This document shows positions 54,375 to 64,000 of a DNA stretch of 64,000 bases, piece after piece (the stretch's first letter is position 1; each line of letters starts with the position of its first letter). The stretch is from NCBI GenBank assembly GCA_900617105.1, contig UYFQ01000600.1:62001-126000 (forward strand), given 5' to 3'. The notes under the pieces are model-generated. The model worked only from the letters and a program-made list of their open reading frames with translations. It was not told the origin of the DNA and searched no databases. The position numbers and the translations under genes were made by a program. This DNA comes from Hydrurus foetidus (Eukaryota).

Positions 54375-55916
54375 CTATTTCATCGCCGCTTCGATGAAAT
54401 GCGGTCCCGGCGTCGTCATCGCCCGCGCCATGGCCGCATCGAAAGCTTCAGCCGTCTCGACCCGCTCGGCGGGCAGGCCCAGGCCGCTGGCCAGAGCCAC
54501 CCAGTCGATGCGGGGGTCGCCCAGATCCAGCAGCCGCGAAGCCTTGGGGCCGGGCTCGCCGCCGCCGGTGCGGCCCATCTCGATGCCGAGGATGCGATAG
54601 GCCCCGTTGGCGAAGATCACCACGGTGACGTCCAGCTTCTCGCGCGCGATCGTCCACAGGCCCTGCACCGTGTACATGCCCGCGCCGTCACCGTTCAGGC
54701 TCAGCACCTTGCGGTCCGGACAGGCCACCGCGGCGCCGAGCGCAACCGGAATGCCCTGGCCGATGGCCCCGCCGGTCAGGCTCAGCCAGTCATGGGCGCG
54801 GGCGTTGCGGGTCTGGGTGAAGATCGGCAGGCCTGCGGTCACCGCGTCGTCGGAAATGATCCCGCCGGTCGGCATGTGCCGGGCGATCGAGGCCCCCATG
54901 GCCCAGGCGTCGAACTTGGGACCCGGAGCGGCCGGCTCGATATAGGCCTCGACCGCGCCGTGGGCCGGCGCGCCCAGGGCGTCGGCCAGAGCGTTCAGCG
55001 CGGCAGGCGCATCGACCTCGCGACCGCACAGGGTCTCCAGCGCGCAACCGTCCGGAACCAGCACGCTGGGCCGGTCGGGATAGGCGAAGAAGGCCACCGG
55101 CTGGCTGGTCCCGGCCAGCACGATCAGATCAACGCCGGTCAGGTCCTTCAGGGCCTGCTCGCCGAAATACATCATCTTGTCGGGTCGGAACCGTCCCTCG
55201 CCCCGTGACTGGCGGGCGGTGAAGGTGTCGGTCAGCACACGGACGCCCGCGGCGGCGAGGCGACCGGCGGCAGCGATCCCGGCCTCGCCGCAGGCGCTGG
55301 AGCCCAGCAGGATGGTCGGCTTGGCGGCCGCCTTGATCGCGGCGGCGACAGCGGCGACGGCGGCGGCGTCAGGCGCGGCCGGGCGTGGAGCCTCGATCAC
55401 CGGCCCGGCGGCGTTGGTCTCGTTCCAGGCGCTGTCGGCGGGCAGGATCAGGCAGGCATTGCCGCCCGGAGCGCCGAAGCTGGCAGCCACGGCCTCGGCG
55501 GCCAAAGCGCCGACCTGGTCGGCGCTCTCGGCAGACTTGACCCAGATCGAGTTGGGCGCGGCCATCGCCGCGATGTCGGAATTGAGCGGCGCGTCGTACT
55601 GGCGGTGATCGGTGGCGTGGTCGCCGATCACATTGACGATCGGCGTATAGGCTCGCCGAGCATTGTGCAGATTGGCCGCGCCATTGGCGTAGCCGGGACC
55701 CAGATGCAGCAGGGTGCAGGCGGGCTTGCCGACCATGCGGCCATAGCCGTCGGCCGCGCCGGTGGCGACGCCCTCGAACAGGCACAGGATCGATCGCATG
55801 CGCGGCTCGCGGTCCAGGGCCGCGACGAACTGCATCTCGCTGGTGCCGGGATTGGCGAAACAGGCGGTGACGCCGTTGTCGGCCAGGGTGGTGATCAGGG
55901 CGTCCGCGCCGTTCAT
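54375..55916 (-). CDS. TPP-dependent acetolactate-synthase-large-subunit-like protein
   Basis: CFANPGTSEM, FEGVATGAADGY and GDGAGMYT...FAN TPP-binding motif. Confidence 0.9.
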   Translation of the reverse strand: MNGADALITTLADNGVTACFANPGTSEMQFVAALDREPRMRSILCLFEGVATGAADGYGRMVGKPACTLLHLGPGYANGAANLHNARRAYTPIVNVIGDHATDHRQYDAPLNSDIAAMAAPNSIWVKSAESADQVGALAAEAVAASFGAPGGNACLILPADSAWNETNAAGPVIEAPRPAAPDAAAVAAVAAAIKAAAKPTILLGSSACGEAGIAAAGRLAAAGVRVLTDTFTARQSRGEGRFRPDKMMYFGEQALKDLTGVDLIVLAGTSQPVAFFAYPDRPSVLVPDGCALETLCGREVDAPAALNALADALGAPAHGAVEAYIEPAAPGPKFDAWAMGASIARHMPTGGIISDDAVTAGLPIFTQTRNARAHDWLSLTGGAIGQGIPVALGAAVACPDRKVLSLNGDGAGMYTVQGLWTIAREKLDVTVVIFANGAYRILGIEMGRTGGGEPGPKASRLLDLGDPRIDWVALASGLGLPAERVETAEAFDAAMARAMTTPGPHFIEAAMK

Positions 55917-56052
55917 GGTCTTCTCCGTACCGTATTCCTTTCCTTCCAACATTTCGGGCGGCGCGCCAACGGTGGTTGCGCATCACCTGCAAGCTGAAGC
56001 AGTCTGAATGCGCCGAAGCCCCGTCACAGAGCGAGCCGGCGAGGGGACGACC

Positions 56053-56736
56053 ATGACGCAATCCACCACTCTGGCCCGCTGGGTGCTGATCGCCTCGATC
56101 CTGGCCGGGATCAGCTATGTCTTCGCCTGGGGCCTTGGCCTGCCGCCGGCCGCCGAACTCACCTGGAAGGGCCTGGGCGTCAGCCTGCTGGCCGTCTATG
56201 CGGCCCTCAAGGCGCGCGATCTGGACGGCTGGCTGCTGGTCGCGGTGATGGCGTTCGGCGCGCTGGGCGACGTGCTGCTGGGCGCCATGGGGCTGACCGT
56301 CGGGGCCCTGGCCTTTCTGGCCGGACATCTGGTCGCCATCGGCCTCTATCTGCGCAACCGGCGCGCGGCCCTGTCACACAGCCAGCTTGCCCTGGCCATC
56401 GTGCTGGTTCCCGCCACCGTCACCATCGCCTGGCTGCTGCCTGCCGACCGCGCCGGCGCGCCGGGCGTGGCGTTCTACGCCCTGGGCCTGTCGCTGATGG
56501 CCGCCACCGCCTGGACCAGCCGCTTTCACCGTTTTCGCGTCGGGATCGGCGCGGTGATGTTCGTGGTCTCCGACCTGCTGATCTTCGCGCGGTCGGGGCC
56601 GCTGCCGGACAATTTCCTGACCGGGCTGGGCGTTTGGGGGCTGTACTATTTCGGGCAGTTGCTGATCTGCGTGGGGGTGACCGAATTTCTGTCATCCCGG
56701 ACAAGCGCGCAGCGCGCCGATCCGGGACCGCCCTGA
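56053..56736 (+). CDS. YhhN/lysoplasmalogenase family membrane protein
   Basis: WKGL, GDVLL, AFLAGHL, FVVSDLL and LYYFGQ. The C-terminus runs into a repeat. Confidence 0.88.
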   Translation: MTQSTTLARWVLIASILAGISYVFAWGLGLPPAAELTWKGLGVSLLAVYAALKARDLDGWLLVAVMAFGALGDVLLGAMGLTVGALAFLAGHLVAIGLYLRNRRAALSHSQLALAIVLVPATVTIAWLLPADRAGAPGVAFYALGLSLMAATAWTSRFHRFRVGIGAVMFVVSDLLIFARSGPLPDNFLTGLGVWGLYYFGQLLICVGVTEFLSSRTSAQRADPGPP

Positions 56737-56805
56737 AACGCGGCGCTCAGGCGTCGGTCCCGGGTCTGCCCCCGGCTCAAGGCCGGGGTACGCCCGGGAT
56801 GACAG
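56689..56805. repeat. GTCATCCCG-type palindromic element
   Basis: Arms ctgtcatcccgg / ccgggatgacag. Confidence 0.85.
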
Positions 56806-56806
56806 T

Positions 56807-58582
56807 TCAGATGAACACCATCACCCCGTCATCCGGCGCCTCGGCGAACAAACGCTCCAGCTCGACAGGACGCCGGTCACGGGCCAGGGCCTGGTTGATA
56901 TAGCCCTTGTCGGTCAGCTCGCCCGAGGCTGCGTCCGGAAGCCGTCGAGGATCAGGGCGCGGGCCACCTTGCCGCCGCCCTTGGCTGCAGCGTTCAGCCG
57001 CTCCAGCCCCTCGCGCACCGCCGCGCGCACGGCGGCCGCATCACCCAGTCGCCCGGCAGCGGTGGGATCGATGAACAGCATCAGCCCAACCCCATCGCGC
57101 CCCTCGCCACAGACCAGCGTCAGACACCACGCCGCCGATCGCCGACACCGCCGCGACCCGCAGGGCCCCGGCCGCCACGAAGGTGCCGCTGGCCAGCTTG
57201 AAGTTCTCGACCAGGCGCCCGTCGAACACCAGCCCCGCCGCCGGGTCTTCGGGATCGGCCAGCCGCGCGGCGTCGCCCAGGCAGTAGAAGCCCTCGTCAT
57301 CAAAGGCGTCGCGGGTGGCTTCGGGCTGATCCAGATAGCCGGGCGACACCTGCGGTCCCTTGACCCGGATCTCGAACTTGTCGCCGGCCGGAACCAGTTT
57401 CACCGCCGTGCCCGGCGTCGGCAGGCCGACCATGCCCGAGCGGGCGTTGTGCCAATGGATGTTGCAGGCGGTCGGCCCCGTCTCGGTGGCGCCATAGCCG
57501 GCCGCGAAGCTGACCCGCTCGCCGATGGTGCGGACCGCCACGGCCTGGATGCGGTCGAGAATCGACTGGGCCATCGAGGCGCCGCCATATTGCAGCACCC
57601 GGACCTTCTCGAAGAACTTCGCCGCCAGGGCCGCATCGCGCTCCAGCTCGCCCACCAGCAGGCCCCAGCCGGCCGGGACCATGTTGTGATAGGTGGTGGC
57701 CACCTCGCGCAGATTGCGCAGGGTCTCGGCGAAGCGCGCGGGCGTGGGCTGGCCGGCGTCGATATACAGCGTGCCGCCCCGGTGCAGCACCATGTGCAGT
57801 ATGGCGTTGGCGCCCAGGCTGTGGCTCCACGGCGCGGCATTGACCAGCACCGGCGGCTCGGGATCGGCGTAGCAGGCCTCGATCTGGGCGGCGTTCAGCG
57901 CGATATTGGCGTGGGTGCAGATCACGGCTTTCAGCTTGCCCGTCGAGCCGAGGTCAGCAGCAGCTTGGCGACGTCAGCGGGCTGGCAGGCAGGCCCAACC
58001 GGCGGCGCCTCGAGAAGATCTGTAAACGGAATATCTGTCGCGCGGGGATTGAGGCTGGCGATCACCGGCAGACCCGCCAGGAACGGCCTGCAGAGCGCCG
58101 AGAACGCCTGGGCGTCGTCGGCATAGACCGCCGCCGGCTTCAGCCGCGCGACCGCGAATTCCAGCCGCGAGAGGTCGGCCCGGCCAGGCCATACTGCGGC
58201 GACACAGGCGAGATGGCGGCGCCAAGGCTCATGGCGGCATAGCCGATCAGGGCATGGTCGATGCCGTTGCGCGCCAGGATCAGCAGCGACCGGTCGGGAC
58301 CAGGCCCAGGGCCATCAGCCCACCGGCCAGGGCCTCGATACGGCGGTTTGCCTCACCGTAGGTGATGGTCCGCCAGCCCTCGCCCTCCCGCTCCGCCAGC
58401 CAGACCCGATCCGGAGCCTCCACGGCCCAGCGCGCCAGCGGCGCCGTCACGGTCTGGACCGCGTCGGAATAGGGCATGGGATTGCGCAGGATCAGCGCAT
58501 CGCCGCGCTGTTCGACATCAAGGGCGCGCGGGGCGTAGCGGGCGTCGCGGAAGGGCGCGGTATTGGGAGATGATCCGTCCAT
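56807..58582 (-). CDS. Feruloyl-CoA synthase-like acyl-CoA ligase (several frameshifts)
   Basis: TSGSTG-like loop, PWSHSLG, YGATET, FDDEGFYCLGDA, GRLVENFKL and ELTDKGYINQ. Confidence 0.85.
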
Positions 58583-58612
58583 CCTCCCTTATCCCGCGCC
58601 TCATACGCCTGT

Positions 58613-59848
58613 TCAATCCATGACAAGCGCGGTTCGGCGACGTTCCAGCCACAGCCGCTCGGCGGGGGCCGGATCCAGGGCCAGGGCCGCGTCATAGGCC
58701 GCGCCGGCCTCAGCGGGCCGATCCAGGCGCGCCAGCAGGTCGGCGCGGACGGCATGGAAGGGCGCAAACGCCGTCAGCCCGGCCGGATCCAGCCCCTCGA
58801 CCTGGGCCAGGGCCGCCTCCGGACCGGCGACCTCGGCCAGGGCGACGGCGCGGTTCAGCCGCACCACCGCGTCATCGCGCCAGGCCAGCAGGGCGTCATA
58901 CAGGGCCAGCACCGCGCCCCAGCGCGGCGGCTCCCGCAGACTCCGGCGACCGCACCAGACCGCATGGATCGCCGCCTGCAGCTGGCGGGGCCCCGGGCGT
59001 TCCAGATCGGCGGCGCGACGCAGCAGGCGCTCGGCCTCGGCGATCAGGGGCCTGCGCCACAGGGCCGGGTCCTGCTCCGACAGGGGAACCATGGCGCCGG
59101 TCTCGTCCAGCCGGGCGGGACGCCGCGCCTCGGCGTAGCGCACCATGGCCGCCAGCCCCAGGCCTTCGGGCTCGTCCGGCAAGAGCTCGACCAGCACCGC
59201 CGTCAGGTCCAGCATCTCGCGGGCATAGCCGGCATGGGGCCCCGCCCCGGCCGCGTCGCCGTGGGCCCTGGCGTAGGCGACTTCCAGGGTGGACAGAACC
59301 GCACCGAGTCGCTCTGGCCAGGCTTCCGGACCGGGCACCTCGAAGGCGACACCGGCCTGGGCGATCTTCTTCTTGGCGCGAGTCAGGCGCTGGAACAGGG
59401 CCGCCTCAGACACCAGAAAGGCCCGGGCAATCTCCGGCACGCTCAGACCGCAGACCAGCCGCAGGGTCAGGGCCGCGCGGGCCTCGGGCGCCACGGCCGG
59501 ATGACAGCAGACAAAGATCAGCTTCAGCCGCTCGTCGGGGATCAGGGCGTCGTCGGACACCAGCCTGTCTTCGGCCGAGCGCTGTGGCTCGGGCGGGTCA
59601 GGCGCCAGTCTTTCGCGAACCGTTCGCCTACGGATCATGTCCAGGGCGTAGCGGCGAGCGGTGGCGTAGAGCCAGGCGGCCGGATCGCGCGGCTCGGCCT
59701 GGGCCCACGCCGGGACGGCCCGGGCGCAGGCCTCGGCGAAGGCTTCCTCGGCCAGGTCCAGATCGCGAAAGCCGGCGGCCAGATAGGCGATGATCCGCCC
59801 GCCGCTCTCGCGCGCCACCCGGTCTAGGAGACCTGGATCAGGCATCAT
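58613..59848 (-). CDS. ECF sigma factor with C-terminal TPR extension (ECF42-like)
   Basis: DLDLAEEA, IPDERLKLIFVCCHPA, EIARAFLV, LQAAI and VVRLNRAVA. Confidence 0.9.
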   Translation of the reverse strand: MMPDPGLLDRVARESGGRIIAYLAAGFRDLDLAEEAFAEACARAVPAWAQAEPRDPAAWLYATARRYALDMIRRRTVRERLAPDPPEPQRSAEDRLVSDDALIPDERLKLIFVCCHPAVAPEARAALTLRLVCGLSVPEIARAFLVSEAALFQRLTRAKKKIAQAGVAFEVPGPEAWPERLGAVLSTLEVAYARAHGDAAGAGPHAGYAREMLDLTAVLVELLPDEPEGLGLAAMVRYAEARRPARLDETGAMVPLSEQDPALWRRPLIAEAERLLRRAADLERPGPRQLQAAIHAVWCGRRSLREPPRWGAVLALYDALLAWRDDAVVRLNRAVALAEVAGPEAALAQVEGLDPAGLTAFAPFHAVRADLLARLDRPAEAGAAYDAALALDPAPAERLWLERRRTALVMD

Positions 59849-59851
59849 CGC

Positions 59852-59905
59852 CTGGGGCATTTTCTGACGACGAACCGGCGTCCACTTCGTCGGAAAATGC
59901 TCTAG
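59852..59905. repeat. Half CIR-like element
   Basis: ctggggcattttc...cgaaccggcgtccacttcg...gaaaatgctctag, matching the right half of 40341-40448. Confidence 0.75.
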
Positions 59906-60246
59906 CCATGACCGCCAGTCGGCCGCACCTCGACCTTGCCGCCGGGCGACAATGGGATCTTGCGCGCCCAGGCGATGGCCGCCTCCCGGTCGGGCACGTC
60001 GACCATGTAGTAGCCGCCCAGCTGCTCGTGGGTCTCGGCGAACGGGCCGTCATGCGCCACGCCGTCCTTGCCCACCGTGGCCGCCGTGAAGGTCGGGGCC
60101 AGTTCCGAGCCGCTCCAGTCGATCCCGGAGGCGGCCAGGTCGGCGCCCAGCTTCATGTGCTGGGCGATGATGTCGGCCAGCAGCTTTTCACCCGCCTCGC
60201 CGGCGTAGTTGGCCTCGTTCTCATAGATCAGCAGCATGTACTTCAT
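59902..60246 (-). CDS. YciI/DGPF family protein
   Basis: MKYMLLIY...DGPFAETHEQLGGYY...VEVRP, the typical ECF42 partner. Confidence 0.9.
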   Translation of the reverse strand: MKYMLLIYENEANYAGEAGEKLLADIIAQHMKLGADLAASGIDWSGSELAPTFTAATVGKDGVAHDGPFAETHEQLGGYYMVDVPDREAAIAWARKIPLSPGGKVEVRPTGGHG

Positions 60247-60370
60247 GGCGGTCTCCCAGCGGGCCAGCGCAACACGCGCCGCCTTCAGGGCCCAGACGCG
60301 CGAGGTCGGCGGGATTCGACAGGGGACCGGCAGAAATGTCGAGGGCGCCCGCAAGACGCGGGGATCGCGG

Positions 60371-61526
60371 CTAGGGGTTGGGACCGCTCTCGGCCTGCGG
60401 ATCGACGGCTTCCGCCTCGGCCTCCTCGACCTCGGTCTCCGGCGGGCGAGCGGCAGGCAGGATGATCTCCGGCTCGAAGGCCTCGGCCGCGACGTCCGGC
60501 TCGACCGCTTCGGGTTCTGGCTCGACCACCACCGCAGCCTCCCCCGCCGTCTTCGCCTCGGCCAGCAGCGCCTTGGCCGCCTTGACCACGGTCGCCACCG
60601 GCAGGTCGCTCATGTGGCGGATGGCTTGCGACAGGTCGGGATCCACGGCCAGGAACTGCTCGAAGGCGCGAGGCCCCGGCGCGGGTCAGCGGCCCCCAGG
60701 GGGCGTAGCGGCGCTCGTCGGAGGGGCCAAACAGGCCGATGGTCGGCGTGCCGGCGGCGGCGGCGATGTGCATCAGGCCGCTATCATTGCCGATGAACAG
60801 GTCGGCGCGTTTCAGGCAGGCATAGGCGGTCAGCAGATCGACCTTGCCCGTCAGGTCCACGCAGCGGCCGCGCGCCGAGGCCATGCGCAGTTCCTCGACC
60901 ATGCGGGTGTCTTCGGGGCCGCCCAGGATCAGCAGGCGGCCGCCGGCCATCGGGCCGTCGGGACCCAGCAGCTGGCCGGCCGTCTGGGCGAATCGCTCGA
61001 TCGGCCAGACCTTGCCCACCCAGTTGGCGGCAGGGCCCATGGCCAGCAGAGGTCCGGCGACCTCGCCGGCCTTGGCCGCCAGCATCTGGTCGGCCAGGGC
61101 CTGGACCTCGGGGGTGATGTAGAGATGCGGAGCCGGCGGCGCGCCTTCCAGCTTCAGCACCCGGGCCGCGTCGATCACCTTGTGAACGACCTCGCCAGGG
61201 ACCTTTTTCCAGATCGCCCGCTTGTCGCGGCGCAGGAACAGGGCCGTGCCGCTGCCGCGCAGATCGACGATCAGGCTCCACTTCTTGTGGCGCACCTGAT
61301 TCCACAGCTTGAACCAGTGGCCCTTGCCCTTGCCCTTCTCCATGACGATCACCCGGTCCAGGCCAGGCACATGGGCGAACAGCGGCGCAGCCAGGGGGCC
61401 GGCGACGATGGTGAAGCGGGCATTGGGAATTTCGTCGGCCAGCATGCGGATCAGGCCGGACGACAGCACAGCGTCGCCGATCCGCGTGGCGGTGATGAAA
61501 AGAATCGGGAAGGCCCGCTGTGTCAT
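60371..61526 (-). CDS. Glycosyltransferase family 9 (heptosyltransferase-like; frameshift near 60670)
   Basis: RIGDAVL, KVWP, GNDSGLMHIAAA...GLFGPS and an acidic C-terminal tail. Confidence 0.9.
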
Positions 61527-61635
61527 CGGCCCACCTATAGGGCCATCGTCGAGTCGGCGCATCCCACGATGACTGCTGAAGTTTCCGTATATCTCCCCTC
61601 TGGCGCGACACGCTGTCGCACGCCACATGTAGGGC

Positions 61636-62445
61636 ATGACGACGCCCGCCATCGCCCAGCTGACCTCCCGCACCGTGATCGCCGTCAGCGGCCCCGACTG
61701 GCGATCCTTCCTGCAGGGCCTGATCACCCAGGATGTCGAGTCCCTGGCGGTCGGCGAGCTGCGGCTGGGCGCCATCCTCACCCCGCAGGGCCGGCTGCTG
61801 TACGACCTGTTCATCGCCGGAACGGAAGGCGGCGCCCTGCTGGACGTGGCGGCCCAGCATCGCGAGGCGATCCTGCTGCGCCTGACGATGTATCGCCTGC
61901 GGGCCAAGGTCGAGATCGCCGCCAGCGACCTGACCGTCAGCGCCCTTTGGCCGGCCGACGAGACCCTGAAGGCCGATGAGGGCTTCTATCGCGACCCGCG
62001 CCTTCCGCCGCTGGGCGCCCGCGCCTACGGCCTGGCCGCCGTCCCGACGGCGGATGAGGACGCCTATGACGCTCACCGTCTGGCCCTGGGCGTCCCGGGT
62101 CCGGCCGACTGGCTCAGCGACAAGACCTATCCGATCGAGGCCAATTTCGACCTGCTGAACGGCATCGACTTCAAGAAGGGCTGCTTTGTCGGCCAGGAAA
62201 CCACCAGCCGCATGAAGCGGCGCGGCATGATCAAGACCCGCATGCTGCCGATCACCTTCGACGGCCCGGCCCCGACCTTCGGGTCCGAGGTGCTGACGGG
62301 GACCCTGAGGGCCGGCGAGGTGCTGTCGGGTCGAGACGGCCGCGCCATGGCGAGCCTGCGGCTGGACCGCATCAAGGACGGCGGCCTCACCGTGGACGGG
62401 CGACCCGTGAGCCTCGACGCGCCGGACTGGCTGGTCGTCCCCTAG
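61636..62445 (+). CDS. ygfZ: Folate-binding Fe-S assembly protein YgfZ
   Basis: FLQGLITQD, LTPQGR and KGCFVGQE. Confidence 0.92.
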   Translation: MTTPAIAQLTSRTVIAVSGPDWRSFLQGLITQDVESLAVGELRLGAILTPQGRLLYDLFIAGTEGGALLDVAAQHREAILLRLTMYRLRAKVEIAASDLTVSALWPADETLKADEGFYRDPRLPPLGARAYGLAAVPTADEDAYDAHRLALGVPGPADWLSDKTYPIEANFDLLNGIDFKKGCFVGQETTSRMKRRGMIKTRMLPITFDGPAPTFGSEVLTGTLRAGEVLSGRDGRAMASLRLDRIKDGGLTVDGRPVSLDAPDWLVVP

Positions 62446-62472
62446 GGATTGCCAGGAGCTCAACTTCAAGGC

Positions 62473-62489
62473 ACTTTGGAAATCAAAGT
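62473..62489. promoter_or_regulatory. Palindrome ACTTTG-N5-CAAAGT, candidate operator
   Basis: About 40 bp upstream of the hydrolase ATG; same core at 35155. Confidence 0.6.
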
Positions 62490-62528
62490 TGATCAGGTGA
62501 TCGACGCGCTTTGAGGGGACCATTGGCC

Positions 62529-63418
62529 ATGAACCGACGTCAGATTCTGGGTTGCGGCGCCGGGATGGCCGCCTTGATCGCCGCCGGGCCCGTCCTCGCC
62601 GCAACCGCCCCCGAGGCGGCGCGCTTCACGGTCGAGACGCGCGGTCAGGGACCCGATGTCATCCTGATCCCGGGCCTTTCCTCCTCAAGCGCCATCTGGG
62701 AGCCGACCGCCCGGGCTCTGGAGGGTCGCTATCGCGTGCATCTGGTGCAGGTGGCCGGTTTCGCCGGCGCCCCGGTGACGGGCAATGCCACGGGCCCTGT
62801 GGTCGCCGGCGTCGCCGAGGGTCTGGCCGGCTACATCCAGGCCAAGGGCTTGAAAGCTCCGGCCGTGATCGGGCACTCGATGGGAGGCACCATCGGCATG
62901 GAACTGGCCGCGCGCCATCCCCAACGGGTGGGCCGGCTGATGGTGGTCGACATGTTCCCCAAGCTGGCCGTGGCCTTCTTCGGCCCGGGCGCCTCGGCGG
63001 ACCAGATCGCCAAAAGCGCCGCCCTGATCCGCGACGGCATCGCCAAGGCCCCGGCCGAGCAGGCCGCCGCCCAGCAGCGCCAGACCATCGCCGGCATGGT
63101 CAAGACCCAAAGCGCCCGCGAGGCCATCACCCAGCACGCCCTGGCCAGCGATCGGGACGTCTCGGGCCGGGCCATGGAAGAGCTGCTGCTGACCGACCTG
63201 ACGCCGGAACTGCCGAACATCACCGTCCCGACCACCGTGCTGCATGCCTTCGACAAGGCCGGCCCCTTCCCGGCCGCGACGATGGACGGCTGGTACGCCG
63301 CCGCCTATGCCCCGCTGAAGGGCGCCAAGCTGGTCGGATCGACGACACGGCCCACTTCATCATGGTCGACCAGCCGGCCCGGTTCCAGGCCGAGGTCGAG
63401 GCCTTCCTGGCGGACTAG
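62529..63418 (+). CDS. Secreted alpha/beta hydrolase (frameshift near 63335)
   Basis: Tat-like MNRRQIL, LIPGL, GHSMGG nucleophile elbow and HFIMVDQP. Confidence 0.9.
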
Positions 63419-63529
63419 GGCCTGACCGGCTGGAGCCGTGCCTGGCATGATGGTCGGGCAGGCTCCAGCGACCGCCGCGTTCACGAAAAGTTCTGGAAAT
63501 CACCGCGCGGTTGCGCCAAGCTTCACCGC

Positions 63530-64000
63530 ATGACCGAGCTGCAACGCTGCACCACCTGGAAGGGCATGGCGGGTGACCCCGTCTATGAGGCCTATCACGA
63601 CACCGAATGGGGCGTGCCCGAGTACGACTCCCGCGCCCTGTGGGAAAAGCTCGTCCTCGACGGCTTCCAGGCCGGCCTCTCCTGGATCACCATTCTGCGC
63701 AAGCGTGACGCGTTCGGGCCGCCTTCGCCGTTTCGACCCCGAGATCGTCGCCCGCTTTGGCGGGCAGACCGCGCGCGACTGATGAGCGATGCCGGCATCG
63801 TCCGCTCCAACGCCAAGATCGACGCGGCGATCGGCGGCGCCTCTATCTCGACATGCGCGAGCGCGGCGAGGATCTCAGCCAATTGCTCTGGGGCATGGTC
63901 GGCGGCGCCCCGGTGCAGAGCGCCTGGACCAGCCAGACCGGCACACGGCCCGCACGCCCCTGGGCGATGAGATGGCCAAGGCGCTGAAGGCCAGGGGCTT
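63530..64000 (+). CDS. tag: DNA-3-methyladenine glycosylase I (partial)
   Basis: YHDTEWG, FQAGLSWITILRKR, GIVRS...KI and ALKARGF. Confidence 0.92.

Overview
High-GC alphaproteobacterial chromosome, most consistent with Caulobacter/Caulobacteraceae from gene content and repeat families. It is mostly housekeeping and metabolic: folB, a MarR-response regulator-kinase operon, proC, ubiK, lgt-MidA-pgeF-prs, rplY-pth, carboxy(nor)spermidine genes, ychF, an MCP, petABC, trmL, hemF, cca, an ECF42 sigma with its YciI partner, ygfZ, tag and two feruloyl-CoA-synthase-like ligases. Many conserved or essential genes carry short frameshifts, almost certainly sequencing or assembly indels, so gene ends are approximate. 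I saw no rRNA, tRNA, CRISPR array, intact transposase or prophage. Best leads: (1) a repeat-dense patch at 2.3-4.5 kb holding a low-GC ORF with an Ntn-hydrolase/proteasome-beta-like signature; (2) an Arg-rich leader peptide with CGA-CGA upstream of a GNAT gene; (3) a palindromic repeat inserted frame-neutrally in MidA; (4) a 26-aa membrane peptide ORF; (5) divergent genes whose ATGs overlap in one CATG; (6) a shared ACTTTG-N5-CAAAGT palindrome before two unlinked secreted-protein genes; (7) CTAG-ended repeats at gene stop codons. I cannot establish a new multi-gene system from sequence alone; these are hypotheses.
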